DNA of 64,000 bases from Dehalococcoidia bacterium (GTDB lineage: Bacteria > Chloroflexota > Dehalococcoidia > UBA2979): the NCBI GenBank assembly GCA_964291495.2, contig OZ219872.1, positions 480,001-544,000 on the forward strand, read 5' to 3'. Under the pieces are notes generated by a model that was not told where the DNA came from, did not search any database, and saw only the letters and a program-made list of their open reading frames with translations. The translations under genes were made by a program, and so were the position numbers. Below, piece after piece: positions 9,537 through 19,378 of this stretch (positions within the stretch are counted from its first letter, which is position 1; every line of letters starts with the position of its first letter).

Positions 9537-10481
9537 ATGCCCACCGTCGAGACCGCGCTCGGCCCGCTCGACACGGCGAAGCTCGGCTTCACGCTCTCGC
9601 ACGAGCACATCATCAGCGGCGACCTCGCCGTGCGGCACAACTGGCCGCACGTGATCGACGTCGAGAAGGAGATCGTGGACGCCCGGGCCCGCCTCGACGA
9701 GGTCTGGGATCTCGGCGTGCGCACGATGGTCGACCTTACGACCGTGGACCTCGGGCGGGACGCCTCGATCATCCGCCGTGTCGCCGAGGGCACGAAGATG
9801 CAGATCATCGTCGCCACCGGCGTGCACCGGCGCCCCCCGCGCTACTTCGAGCGGCGCGTGCCCGAGCCGGTCGTCGAGCTGTTCGTGATGGACATCGAGC
9901 AGGGCATCGCCGACAGCGGCGTCAAGGCCGGCTGCATCAAGCTCGCGACCGAGGAGGAAGTGGACCCGCTCAACGAGCTGATGCTGCGCGCGGGCGCGCT
10001 CACCCATCGCGCAACCGGCGTGCCGATCATGACGCACTCCAACCCGTTCCACGGCACCGGGAGAGACCAGCAGGACGTGTTCGAGGCCGAGGGCGTGGAC
10101 CTCACACGCGTGGTGATCGGCCACTCCGGCGACACGGACGACCTCGATTACCTGATGAGCGTGATGGACCGAGGCAGCACGATCGGGATGGACCGCTACG
10201 GCACGAAGATCGGCGCCGACACGGAGAAGCGCACCGACGTGATAGCGGAGCTGTGCCGCCGCGGCTACGCGGACCGCATGGTGGTCTCTCACGATGCCGG
10301 GTCGTTCTCGCTCAACGTCCCGCGCCACATCCGCGACACGCGCTTCCCGGAGTGGAACTACCTCACGATCCCCACGAAGGTGATCCCCGGCCTGCGCGAG
10401 CGCGGCGTGCCCGACGAGCAGATCGAGGAGATCACGACCCACAACCTGCGCCGCCTCTTCGAGCAGCAAGGAGCCTACTGA
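9537..10481 (+). CDS. Phosphotriesterase-related amidohydrolase
   Basis: TLSHEH, LGRD, ATG, IKLA, MTH, IGH and SHD metal-ligand pattern. Confidence 0.92.
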   Translation: MPTVETALGPLDTAKLGFTLSHEHIISGDLAVRHNWPHVIDVEKEIVDARARLDEVWDLGVRTMVDLTTVDLGRDASIIRRVAEGTKMQIIVATGVHRRPPRYFERRVPEPVVELFVMDIEQGIADSGVKAGCIKLATEEEVDPLNELMLRAGALTHRATGVPIMTHSNPFHGTGRDQQDVFEAEGVDLTRVVIGHSGDTDDLDYLMSVMDRGSTIGMDRYGTKIGADTEKRTDVIAELCRRGYADRMVVSHDAGSFSLNVPRHIRDTRFPEWNYLTIPTKVIPGLRERGVPDEQIEEITTHNLRRLFEQQGAY

Positions 10482-10891
10482 TGATGTCGCACGACGAGGC
10501 GGACGCCTTCCTGCGCGAAGGGCGCATCGCCGACCTCGCCACGGTGCGGCCGAACGGCTCGCCGCACGTCGCGCCGGTCTGGTTCCACTGGGACGGCGAG
10601 GTCGTGAAGGTCTTCGCGCGGCCGACGGCGGTGAAGCTGCGCAACATCGCGAACGACCCGCGCGTCTCCGTCTCGGTCGCCACGCCCGACCGGCCCTACC
10701 GCTACGTCATCGTCAGCGGCACGGCCGAGGTTGCCGAGGGCGTGGACGTCAGCGAGCTGGTGCACACCATGGCGCGGAACTACATGGGAGACGTCGAGGG
10801 GCCGCCGTACGCCGAGGAGATCCTCTCGCGGATGACCCCGTTCAGCCTGATCACCGTGACGCCCTCGAAGATCAGCGGCTGGTCCGAGTAG
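10481..10891 (+). CDS. PPOX-class putative F420-dependent oxidoreductase
   Basis: LATVRPNGSPHVAPVWF and KLRNIANDPRVSV motifs. TGATG overlap with the upstream gene. Confidence 0.88.
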   Translation: MMSHDEADAFLREGRIADLATVRPNGSPHVAPVWFHWDGEVVKVFARPTAVKLRNIANDPRVSVSVATPDRPYRYVIVSGTAEVAEGVDVSELVHTMARNYMGDVEGPPYAEEILSRMTPFSLITVTPSKISGWSE

Positions 10892-10912
10892 CAGCGCAGC
10901 CCTCGGCGTCGA

Positions 10913-12622
10913 TCAGCGGCGCCACTCCGCGATGTTCCACAGCTCGCTGTCCCAGGCGTTCATGCGCACGCCCTGCAGGGTGCTGGCGTGCGCGGACAGG
11001 GAGGCCCGGTTCACGAGCGGGATCTGGTAGTAGTGCTGCACGACGATGTCGTTGAGCCGCTTGACCAGCTCCGCGCGCTCCGGACCGAGCGTGGTCGCCG
11101 CCAGCTGCTCGTACAGCGCGTCGTAGTCCGCATTGCAGGCGCGTGCGACGTTGCTGTCGCCCCAGTTGTTATCTCGCCTCTGGATGTGCTCGCAGCGCAG
11201 GCCGGAGAGGTAGTCCTGAGGATCGATGCCTGTCCCGGTCGTGTACATCTGCACGTCCGCGAAGAACCTGCGATACGACTCGCCCGGGCTCGCCACCGGG
11301 TCGCCGCCGAAGAACAGGCTCGCGTCGTGGTCCACCAGCTCGGTCTCGATGCCGATCTGACGCCACCAGTCACGGATGAGGGCCTGCGTCTCCTGGCGCA
11401 CCGCGTTCGTCGAGGTCTGGTAGACGATGCGCAGCGGCACACCCTCGTGCTCGCGGATGCCGTCGCCGTCGCTGTCGACGACGCCGCTCTCGTCCAGCAG
11501 CCGCTTCGCGCCCTCGATGTCCTGGGCGAGGCACCCGTCGTTCGCCGATGAGACGTAGCGCGGCGGCCCGGTGACCAGGTTGCAGGTGGGCCCGCCCGCG
11601 AAGCCGTACAGCCGGTCGGCCAGCAGCGTACGGTCGATCGCCATCGACATCGCCCGCGCGATCGGCGTGAAGGTCAGGAAGGGGTGCGGGTTGCGCCCAT
11701 CGAGGTACTCGGAGCGTTCGTCCCCCAGCGCGGGGTCGGGGTTCGTCTGGTTGACGACGATTCGCTCCACGTCGCTGGCGAAGGCGATGACCACCATGCC
11801 CTGGCCGGCGCCCTCGAACTCCGAGAACTCATCCGGCCGCAGCTGCAGGTTCCAGGCGTAGTCGGCCTCGCCCGTCCCCAGCACCGCCCGCGCCGCCGTG
11901 ATGGCGTCGCCGCCGCCCTTGAGGACCACGCGATCGAAGTACGGATCCTCGCCGCGGTAGTGCGGGTTGCGCTCGTAGACGGCCTGCTCGTTCGGCGTGA
12001 ACTCGACGATGCGGTACGGGCCGGTGCCCAGCGGCGCCTGGTTCTGCTCGTCACAGGATGTGGCCGCCGCGCCTACGCAGCCGGCGAACTGCGCGCTGCT
12101 CATGATCGGCGAGCCGGCGCCGACGAAGACGGTGTAGGGGTACTGGCTGGGCGCACTGAAGGTCATGCGGACGGTCAGCGCATCGACGGCCTCGACGGAG
12201 GCGATGTCGGCGAAGGCGCTATGCGGGATGCAGCCCGTCGCCTCATCGGTGCAGTAGCGCCAGGTGAAGACGACGTCCTCGGCGGTCACGTCGCTGCCGT
12301 CGGACCACTTGAGGTCCTCGCGCAGCGTCCAGGTGATGGACATCAGGTCGGCGGCCAGCCCGCCGTTCGCGAGTGTCGGGATCTCGGCGGCCAGCCGCGG
12401 CACGAGGTTGCCGTCCGGATCGTAGCTGGCCAGCGGCTCGAGGGTGATCGCGCCCGCGTCGCGATCCTTGTAGCCCGCCGCCAGGTACGGCCCGGGCAAC
12501 GTCGGCGCCTGCCAGTAGAGGATGGTCAGCACCCGCTCCGCCGAGGACTGGAACGGGTTGCAGGCCGCGAGCAGCAGCAGGAGGGCGGTCAGGCCGAGGA
12601 CGAGCGTCTGGCGCGTGCGCAT
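10913..12622 (-). CDS. Peptide ABC transporter substrate-binding lipoprotein (family 5)
   Basis: Lipobox LAAC. LREDLKWSDGSDVTAEDVVFTW and GTGPY motifs. No permease genes adjacent. Confidence 0.92.
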   Translation of the reverse strand: MRTRQTLVLGLTALLLLLAACNPFQSSAERVLTILYWQAPTLPGPYLAAGYKDRDAGAITLEPLASYDPDGNLVPRLAAEIPTLANGGLAADLMSITWTLREDLKWSDGSDVTAEDVVFTWRYCTDEATGCIPHSAFADIASVEAVDALTVRMTFSAPSQYPYTVFVGAGSPIMSSAQFAGCVGAAATSCDEQNQAPLGTGPYRIVEFTPNEQAVYERNPHYRGEDPYFDRVVLKGGGDAITAARAVLGTGEADYAWNLQLRPDEFSEFEGAGQGMVVIAFASDVERIVVNQTNPDPALGDERSEYLDGRNPHPFLTFTPIARAMSMAIDRTLLADRLYGFAGGPTCNLVTGPPRYVSSANDGCLAQDIEGAKRLLDESGVVDSDGDGIREHEGVPLRIVYQTSTNAVRQETQALIRDWWRQIGIETELVDHDASLFFGGDPVASPGESYRRFFADVQMYTTGTGIDPQDYLSGLRCEHIQRRDNNWGDSNVARACNADYDALYEQLAATTLGPERAELVKRLNDIVVQHYYQIPLVNRASLSAHASTLQGVRMNAWDSELWNIAEWRR

Positions 12623-12722
12623 GGGCCGACTCCTGAGACTCGGTACACGTTCGGGCGCTGCGATCGTGGCCGAGCGCGCCCCGCACCGCAAGACCCAAAC
12701 GAGCGGGCTGCCCGGGGCGCCG

Positions 12723-13880
12723 CTACGCCGCCCGCCAGGCCACCTCGCCGCCGAGCACCGTGAGCGCGGGCTCGAGGCTCAACTCGCCCTCGACGCTGTG
12801 GCCGGACATGTCGACCCAGCTCACCGCGCCCTCGACGAGATCGAAGACCGCGGCGTCGCCGGCCATGCCGGGCGCGAGCGAGCCGATCTCGTCGCCCAGG
12901 CCGAGGACGGCGGCGGGAGCAGCCGTGCTCGCCTCGACGGCGTCCTCGAACGGCATGCCGAGCGCGTGCAGCTGCGGGATCAGCTCGTGCATGCCGTAGG
13001 TGACGCGGCCCGGCGGCGGGAGGTGGATATCCGTGCTGATCGTCGAGGGCGCGAAGCCCTGCGCGATCGCCTGCCTCGTGACCTCGATACCGAAGTGTAC
13101 GCCGGCGTGCCCGACGTCCATCACGACGCCGCGCTCGCGTGCCGCCAACACCTCGGGGCGCACCGCGCCGCGCCCGTCCAGGATGCCCTCGAGGTGGGGA
13201 TTGAAGGCGTGCGTCACCACGTCGCCCTCGCCGAGCACCTCGAGGATCTCGGGCAGCGGGATCGGCGTGCCGCTGACGTGCACCATCAGCAGCGAGCCGG
13301 AGTCGTCGGCCGCCTTGCGCGCCAGCGCGAGCGCCTCGCGCGCGTCCCAGTGCGCGACGGCGTCGCGCTGCATCCTCACCTTCACCCCGAACAGGAAGCC
13401 GGGGTTGGCGCGGATCTGGGCGGCCGTCGCCTCGGCGTCGATCAGTCGCAGGTCGCGCAGCTCGCCGCCGACGGTGCGCCCGTGCGCCAGCCCGACCGCG
13501 CCGATGTGCAGCAGCGCGAGCAGCCGCACGCGGTGCGCGGGGAAGACATAGTCGCGCATCGCCCCGTAGTTGGCGATCCCCGCGCTCCCCGCGTCGAGGC
13601 CCGTCGTCACGCCCGAGGGCAGGCACGCTTCGTCGGCGTGGACGGCGCTGGTGGTGCCGCCGTGATAGAAGTGCCCGTGCAGGTCGATCAGCCCCGGCGT
13701 CACCAGCCGCCCGCTCAGCTCGACGACCTCGCCCGCCGTCTCCGCCTCGATCCGCTCGGCGACGGCGCTGACCCGCCCGTCGCGGAACGCCACGTCGCGA
13801 GGGCCGTCGATGCCCTGCGCGGGATCGAGCAGAGTCCCGCCGCGCAGCAGCAGGTCGTGTTGTGGCGTCGCTTCGGGCAT
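12723..13880 (-). CDS. Amidohydrolase (dihydroorotase/deacetylase-like metallohydrolase)
   Basis: PGLIDLHGH, GVTT.DAGSAG, GVKVR, MVH, VTH, DVGH and ISTD motifs. Confidence 0.9.
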   Translation of the reverse strand: MPEATPQHDLLLRGGTLLDPAQGIDGPRDVAFRDGRVSAVAERIEAETAGEVVELSGRLVTPGLIDLHGHFYHGGTTSAVHADEACLPSGVTTGLDAGSAGIANYGAMRDYVFPAHRVRLLALLHIGAVGLAHGRTVGGELRDLRLIDAEATAAQIRANPGFLFGVKVRMQRDAVAHWDAREALALARKAADDSGSLLMVHVSGTPIPLPEILEVLGEGDVVTHAFNPHLEGILDGRGAVRPEVLAARERGVVMDVGHAGVHFGIEVTRQAIAQGFAPSTISTDIHLPPPGRVTYGMHELIPQLHALGMPFEDAVEASTAAPAAVLGLGDEIGSLAPGMAGDAAVFDLVEGAVSWVDMSGHSVEGELSLEPALTVLGGEVAWRAA

Positions 13881-13926
13881 CGCCGTCAATCCCTTCCGCT
13901 CATCGAGCGCGGCGCACCGCCGCGCG

Positions 13927-14023
13927 CCCCCTCACCCCAACCCTCTCCCGCCAGGGGAGAGGGGGCCGGAGGGTCGTCCGCCCCTCACCCTCGCCCTCGC
14001 CCGCCAGGGGAGAGGGGGCCGGA
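13927..14023. repeat. Two tandem BoxC-like palindromic repeat units
   Basis: CCCTCACCC(CAA/TCG)CCCTC(T/G)CCCGCCAGGGGAGAGGGGGCCGGA at about 13929-13970 and 13982-14023. Confidence 0.8.
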
Positions 14024-14064
14024 CGGTCGCCACGCGCTCTGGCCCGCACGCGGCCGCGAGGGCG

Positions 14065-14832
14065 TTAGCGGCCCTTCCAGACCGGGGCGCGCTTCTCGGC
14101 GAAGGCGCGCGGGCCCTCCTTGATGTCCTCGCTGTACTTGATCGGGGCGAGGATGTGGCCCGCGATCTGCATGCCCTCCTGGCGGGTCAGCGTGACGCCG
14201 CGGTAGAGCACCTCCTTGAGGCCGCGCACGGAGAGCGGCGCGTTCTCCTCGAGGATGGCTGCGAATGCCTCCACCTCCTCGTAGAGCTTGTCGTCCGGCA
14301 CCACGCGCGTCGCGAAGCCCATCTCCAGCGCGCGCTGCGGCGTGATGTACTCGCCGGTCAGCACCACCTCGAGGGCGTTCCCGAGGCCGATGATGCGCGG
14401 CAGGTCCACCGTCCAGGCCGGCATCAGGCCGCGCTTCACCTCGCGGATGCCGAGCGTCGCCTGGTCGGAGACGAAACGGAAGTCGGAGAGCTGCGCGAGC
14501 TGCCAGCCGCCCGCGAGACAGTAGCCGCGGATGGCGGCGATCACGGGCTTCCAGACGCCGTCCGGCATCGCGTTGCCGATCGTGTGCTTCTTGCTCCAAT
14601 CCTCGCCGGCCGCGTCCACCTGGGCGCGCTCCTTGAGGTCCATGCCGGAGCAGAACGAGCGCCCGGCGCCGGTGAGGACGGCGATCCAGATGTCGTCGTT
14701 GTTCTTGACCTCCTCCCAGGCGTCGGCCAGCGCCTGGTTGAGCGCGTAGCTGAGCGCGTTGTGCACCTCGGGCCGGTTCATCGTCAGCCAGGCGACGTGC
14801 CCCCTGACCTCGAACTTCAGCTCGTCCGCCAT
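14065..14832 (-). CDS. Enoyl-CoA hydratase/isomerase family protein
   Basis: MNRPEVHNAL, FCSGMDL, KPVIAAIRG and EGPRAFAEKRAPVWKG motifs. Confidence 0.93.
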   Translation of the reverse strand: MADELKFEVRGHVAWLTMNRPEVHNALSYALNQALADAWEEVKNNDDIWIAVLTGAGRSFCSGMDLKERAQVDAAGEDWSKKHTIGNAMPDGVWKPVIAAIRGYCLAGGWQLAQLSDFRFVSDQATLGIREVKRGLMPAWTVDLPRIIGLGNALEVVLTGEYITPQRALEMGFATRVVPDDKLYEEVEAFAAILEENAPLSVRGLKEVLYRGVTLTRQEGMQIAGHILAPIKYSEDIKEGPRAFAEKRAPVWKGR

Positions 14833-14869
14833 CTGTCCGGTCCTTTCCTTCGGTTCGCTTGCCTCGCCG

Positions 14870-15982
14870 CTACGCTCCGGCGGCGGCGTGTCCCATCCGC
14901 TCGAGGGTGTCGTAGGCCTCCTCCATGAGGTCGAACACCACCTGCCGGGCGGGCTTGATCTCCTGCACGAAGCCGACGCCCTGCCCGGCCGCGACGGGGC
15001 CCGCCCAGTCCTCGAGGTCCCAGTCCTCCGCCGCCTGCAGCAGCTTGCCGCCGACGATGTCCTGCAGCGGCATCGGCAGCGGCTCGGGCGAGCCCTCGGC
15101 CTCCCACGCCTCGTAGTACTTGTTGCGGATGCCGCGGTTGCGCTTGCCATCCATCGCGGTCGAGACCCAGGCGTCCTGGTTCTGCGCCCGCAGCAGCCGC
15201 TGCTTCGCCCACTGCTTCGTCTCCGACTCGTGCGTCGCCTGCCAGATCGTGCCCGTCCAGACGCCGACCGCCCCGAGGGCGAGCGCGGCCACGATGTGCG
15301 CGCCGGTCGTGATCCCGCCCGCCGCGACGATCGGCGTGTCGTGCGCCGCCGCCAGTGCGGTCACCTCGCGCACGAGCGAGAAGGTGCCCATCCGCCCGGT
15401 GTGGCCGGCCGAGTCCTGACCCTGCGCGATGATCAGGTCGAGCCCCGCCTCGAGCTCGCGCGCGGCCTGCCTCGCGAGGCCGATCAGGCCCCAGACCTTC
15501 ACCCCTGCGTCGTGCATCTCGTTCAGCACGAAGGCGGGGCTGCCGAGGCCGGAGGCGAAGATCGGGATCCGTTCCTCCATCATGATCTCGAGCTTGGCGC
15601 GCGTCTCCGCGAGGCCGCGCAGCCGCGTGTTGCCCCACGGCGGGGGCGTCTTCGGCTCCGGGATCTCGTTCTCCTCGATCAGTCGATCGATGAAGTCCCA
15701 GTGGCTCTGCGGGATCTGCTCCTCGAGCTCCTCGCGCGTGCCCTCGACGTAGGAGGAGGGGATGGTGATGTCGACGCCGAAGGGGCGGTCGCCGACGCGC
15801 TCCTTGACCCAGCGGATGTTGGTGCGCATCTCCTCGGCGGAGACCGTGCTCTGGCCGAGCATGCCGATGCCGCCCGCGTTGGAGACGGCGACCGTCACAT
15901 CGCGCGTGTGCGCGAAGGCGATGATCGGGTACTCGCAGCCGTACTCCTCGCAGAGCCGCGTCTGCAGCGGGTCTTGCGCCAT
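14870..15982 (-). CDS. Nitronate monooxygenase / FabK-like flavoenzyme
   Basis: AVSNAGGIG, RPFGVD, QGQDSAGHTG, AAGGI and GVWTGT motifs. Confidence 0.9.
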   Translation of the reverse strand: MAQDPLQTRLCEEYGCEYPIIAFAHTRDVTVAVSNAGGIGMLGQSTVSAEEMRTNIRWVKERVGDRPFGVDITIPSSYVEGTREELEEQIPQSHWDFIDRLIEENEIPEPKTPPPWGNTRLRGLAETRAKLEIMMEERIPIFASGLGSPAFVLNEMHDAGVKVWGLIGLARQAARELEAGLDLIIAQGQDSAGHTGRMGTFSLVREVTALAAAHDTPIVAAGGITTGAHIVAALALGAVGVWTGTIWQATHESETKQWAKQRLLRAQNQDAWVSTAMDGKRNRGIRNKYYEAWEAEGSPEPLPMPLQDIVGGKLLQAAEDWDLEDWAGPVAAGQGVGFVQEIKPARQVVFDLMEEAYDTLERMGHAAAGA

Positions 15983-16081
15983 CCGTCCCCACCTCCGCGC
16001 GCCGGCGCTCCCGAGGCCGGCGCCGCCGATGATAGCGCCCCGCCCGATGCCCGCGACCGCTATCACCCTCCTCAGGGCAGC

Positions 16082-16285
16082 GAGCACATCCCTTCCGGTT
16101 CCCTCTCCCCGAGGGAGAGGGTTAGGGTGAGGGAGGATCCACCCTCCAGGATTGCGTTGCGCCATCGGGGCGTTCGGAGGCGCGCGGGAGTCTTCCCCCT
16201 CACCCCCGCCCTCTCCCCTGGGAGCGGGAGCCGGATCGGCTTGTGGGAGTTCACAAGGGTCTCCTCGGGGAGAGGGCGCGGAGGG
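16082..16285. repeat. Composite ~200-bp BoxC-like repeat element, copy 1
   Basis: Inverted CCCTCTCCCC-GAGGGAGAGGGTTAGGGTGAGGG / CCCTCACCCCCGCCCTCTCCCC units. Colinear with 26537-26742. Confidence 0.8.
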
Positions 16286-16305
16286 ACAGCGGCAGGGAGG
16301 CGCAG

Positions 16306-17244
16306 ATGACCGAGCAGCAGGCCGAGCGCGGGGTGGCGCTGGTGACGGGCGCCAGCCGCGGCATCGGCAAAGCGACCGCGGTCGCCCTCGCTGAGGCCGG
16401 CTACGACGTGATCGCCGCCGCCCGCACCCTCGAGGAGGGCGAGCCGCAGGAGATGACGGAGACCGTCCACGAGACGAACGTGCAGCCCGTCCCCGGCGGC
16501 AGCCTGCGCGACACCGTCGCGCAGATCGAGCAGGCGGGACGGCGCGGGCTCCCCGTCCGCTGCGACCTGATGAGCCGCGCCGACATGGACGCGCTGATCG
16601 AGACGGCGATCAGCGAGTTCGGCGGCATCGACGTCTTCGTCAACAACGCGCGCTACGTGGGGCCGGGCTTCAAGGACCGCTTCCTCGACACGCCCTACGA
16701 GGTCCTCGAGGACTCGATGCGCGTCAACGCGCTCGCGCCGCTCTACCTGCTCACGAAGATCGCGCCGCTAATGGCGGAGCAGGGCAGCGGGCTGATCCTG
16801 CACATCAGCTCGCTCGAGGGCGTCATGGAGTCGGCGAAGCTGCCGACGGGGCACTGGACCGGGCGCGGCGGGCTCTCCTACGGGGTCAGCAAGGCGGCCT
16901 TCAACCGTATCGGGCCGGCGCTCGCCAAGGAGTTGCGCGAGGACGGCATCGCAGTCGTCAACGTCGAGCCGGGCGATGTGGCGGTGGAGCGCAAGGCCGT
17001 GCAACGCGGCGACGCCTACGACCCGCGCAACCACGACTCGCCGCTGGCGGCGGCGCGCACCTGCGCGCACATCGCCGCCTCGAAGCATCCGATGTTCTAC
17101 TCGGGGCTCACGGTCTACGCGCCGGAGTTCGCGGTCGAGCGCGGCTTGATCGAGCCGGAGCAGGCCGCGCCCGGGCGCCGCGAGGAGTGGGGCCAGCCCG
17201 GCCGCCTGTTGCCCTTCTACAGCAACATGGCCCACGAGCGCTGA
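16306..17244 (+). CDS. SDR
   Basis: TGASRGIG, VNNA and YGVSK motifs. GGAGG SD before ATG 16306. Confidence 0.92.
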   Translation: MTEQQAERGVALVTGASRGIGKATAVALAEAGYDVIAAARTLEEGEPQEMTETVHETNVQPVPGGSLRDTVAQIEQAGRRGLPVRCDLMSRADMDALIETAISEFGGIDVFVNNARYVGPGFKDRFLDTPYEVLEDSMRVNALAPLYLLTKIAPLMAEQGSGLILHISSLEGVMESAKLPTGHWTGRGGLSYGVSKAAFNRIGPALAKELREDGIAVVNVEPGDVAVERKAVQRGDAYDPRNHDSPLAAARTCAHIAASKHPMFYSGLTVYAPEFAVERGLIEPEQAAPGRREEWGQPGRLLPFYSNMAHER

Positions 17245-17278
17245 GGCCGGGCGTACCCGTCGCCTGTATCCTCTGCCC

Positions 17279-17788
17279 ATGACCGCTGCGCCGACCGACG
17301 CCGCATCCGCAGCCGCGCTGGACGAGCGCCTGGCCCGCCTCGCCGAGGCGCGCGCGGCGCTGCTCGACACGCTCGCGGGGCTGGACCAGGCGCGCTTCGT
17401 GCGCCGGCCGCCGGACCCGGCTGCCGAGGGCGACCGGCGCTGGTCGATACGCGAGGTGCTATGGCACGTCGCCGACTCCGATCGCTGCTGGCGCGGGTGG
17501 ATCGAGGGGGCGCTGCGCGGTGAGGCCGTGACGCGCTTCCGCGGCGTCCGCCGCCCCGCCCACCTCAACACCCTCCCGCAGCTGATCGAAAGTCTCGAGG
17601 AGCAACGAGCAGCCACGCTCGCGTTGCTCGGCGGACTCGACGGCGACGCCGACCTCACGACGCAGCGTCCGACGCCGTCGCACGAGCGCTCGATCCTCGA
17701 GGCGCTGGACCACCTCAGCAACCACGACCGCGAGCACGCCGAGCAGATCGCGGCGCTGGCCGCGCTGCCGCCCGGGGAGGAACGCTGA
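17279..17788 (+). CDS. DinB/DUF664 superfamily protein
   Basis: WSIREVLWHV and HDREHAEQI His pattern. Confidence 0.85.
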   Translation: MTAAPTDAASAAALDERLARLAEARAALLDTLAGLDQARFVRRPPDPAAEGDRRWSIREVLWHVADSDRCWRGWIEGALRGEAVTRFRGVRRPAHLNTLPQLIESLEEQRAATLALLGGLDGDADLTTQRPTPSHERSILEALDHLSNHDREHAEQIAALAALPPGEER

Positions 17789-18276
17789 TGGGAACGCGAC
17801 TGCGCCCCGAGGGCACGATGCCGTGGATGCCCGGCTTCCGCTACGGCGCGCTGCTGCCGCCGCTCGCCCTCAACCTGCTGGTCAGCGACACCGAGCGCGC
17901 CGCCGCCTTCTACCGCGACGTCCTCGAGGCCGAGGTGCACTACCGCGACATCGACTTCGCCGCCGTGCGCGTCGGCCCCGCCGAGGTGATGCTGCACGCC
18001 GACCACACCCACGACGACCACCCCTGGAGCGCGGACCTCGCCGGCGGCGCGGCGCGCGGCGTCGGCGCGCAACTGCGACTGCTCGGCATCGACCCCGACG
18101 CCGTCGAGGCGCGCGCCCGCCAGCACGGCGCGCAACTCGTCGCCGCGGCCACCGACAAGGGCCACAGCTGGCGCGAGACGCTGGTGCGTGACCCGGACGG
18201 CTACGAGTGGGCCGTCGGCGTGCTGATCGAGCCCGCCAAGGGTCCCTTCGGCCCCCACGAGGTCGGCGCTCCATGA
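17788..18276 (+). CDS. VOC/glyoxalase family protein
   Basis: LLVSD.ERAAAFYRDVL and VRDPDGYEW motifs. Confidence 0.85.
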   Translation: MGTRLRPEGTMPWMPGFRYGALLPPLALNLLVSDTERAAAFYRDVLEAEVHYRDIDFAAVRVGPAEVMLHADHTHDDHPWSADLAGGAARGVGAQLRLLGIDPDAVEARARQHGAQLVAAATDKGHSWRETLVRDPDGYEWAVGVLIEPAKGPFGPHEVGAP

Positions 18277-19082
18277 CGGCCGAACCCGGAGCGACCTACC
18301 CCTCGCTGGCCGGGAAGCGCGCCGTCGTCATCGGCGGCTCGCGGGGCATCGGGCGTGCGATCTCGCTGCGCCTCGCCGCCGAGGGCTGCCACGTGCTCGT
18401 CAACTACGCCCGCAGCGCCGAGGCTGCCGAGCAGACCGCCGCCGAGTGCCGCGCCCGCGGCGTCGAGGCCGAGGCGGTGCGCGCCGATGCCGGCGACCGC
18501 GCCGACCTCACGGCGCTCTTCGCGCGTGTCGTGGAGTGGGGCGGCGTCGACCTGCTGGTCAACAACGCCGCGCGCGGCCTCGAGCGTCCGAGGCCGGCGA
18601 TCGCCCAGCGCCCCGGCCACCTCCACTCGACGATGGACGTGAACCTGTTCGGCCCGTGGCAGGCCGCGCAGGCGGCCGTGCCGCTGATGGAGGAGCGAGG
18701 CGGCGGGAGCATCGTCAACCTGCTCTCGCCCGGGGCCTGGCAGTACATGCCGGACTACTCGGCGGTGGCGGTGAGCAAGGCGGCGCTCGCCTCGCTGACC
18801 GGCTACCTCGCCGTCGAGCTCGCGCCGCGCGGGATTCGCGTGAACGCCGTCTCCGCGGGCTGGGTCGAGGCCTCCGAGGGCGAGCACTCCTACCGCAGCG
18901 GCGTCTCCGAGGCCGTCCGCCCGCACGTCCCGGCCGGCCGCAACGTCGCCCCCGAGGACATCGCCGCCGCCGTCGCCTGGGTCTGCTCCAACGAGGCTCC
19001 GATGCTCGTCGGCCAGACGATCCACCTCGACGGCGGCTTCGGCCTCGCCGCCTGGAACGCCATCCTCGATCCGGACGGGTAG
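18273..19082 (+). CDS. SDR (FabL-like enoyl-reductase type)
   Basis: GGSRGIG, VNNAA, YSAVAVSK (Yx6K) and ELAPRGIRVNAVS motifs. Confidence 0.88.
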   Translation: MTAEPGATYPSLAGKRAVVIGGSRGIGRAISLRLAAEGCHVLVNYARSAEAAEQTAAECRARGVEAEAVRADAGDRADLTALFARVVEWGGVDLLVNNAARGLERPRPAIAQRPGHLHSTMDVNLFGPWQAAQAAVPLMEERGGGSIVNLLSPGAWQYMPDYSAVAVSKAALASLTGYLAVELAPRGIRVNAVSAGWVEASEGEHSYRSGVSEAVRPHVPAGRNVAPEDIAAAVAWVCSNEAPMLVGQTIHLDGGFGLAAWNAILDPDG

Positions 19083-19110
19083 CGCAGGCGAGGCGACCTC
19101 CAAGACTCCC

Positions 19111-19286
19111 CCGTCATCCCGGCGAATTCAGATCCGTCATTCCGGCGAAAGCCGGAATCCAGGGATCGGCAGGGTGGCTCGGATTGCACCCCCACCCCCT
19201 CCCGGAGAGCGGGCGCTGCGCGCCGCTCGGCCCACCCACCCACCCCGGATTGGTTCTCTGTGGGGGGCTGCGCCCCCCACGCCCCC
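19111..19286. repeat. Cluster of short palindromic intergenic repeats (REP-like)
   Basis: CCGTCATCCCGGCGAA followed by CCGTCATTCCGGCGAAAGCCGGAATCCAG (19111-19162). GGGGGGCTGCGCCCCCCACGCCCCC at about 19262-19286. Confidence 0.7.
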
Positions 19287-19378
19287 GCTCGGGATGGGTC
19301 AGCCGCGGAGACGCCGCGCGGAGTCGTAGGCGTGATGCACCGAGCCGTATGCTGGACGCATCGCGGGGGGCGCCGACC

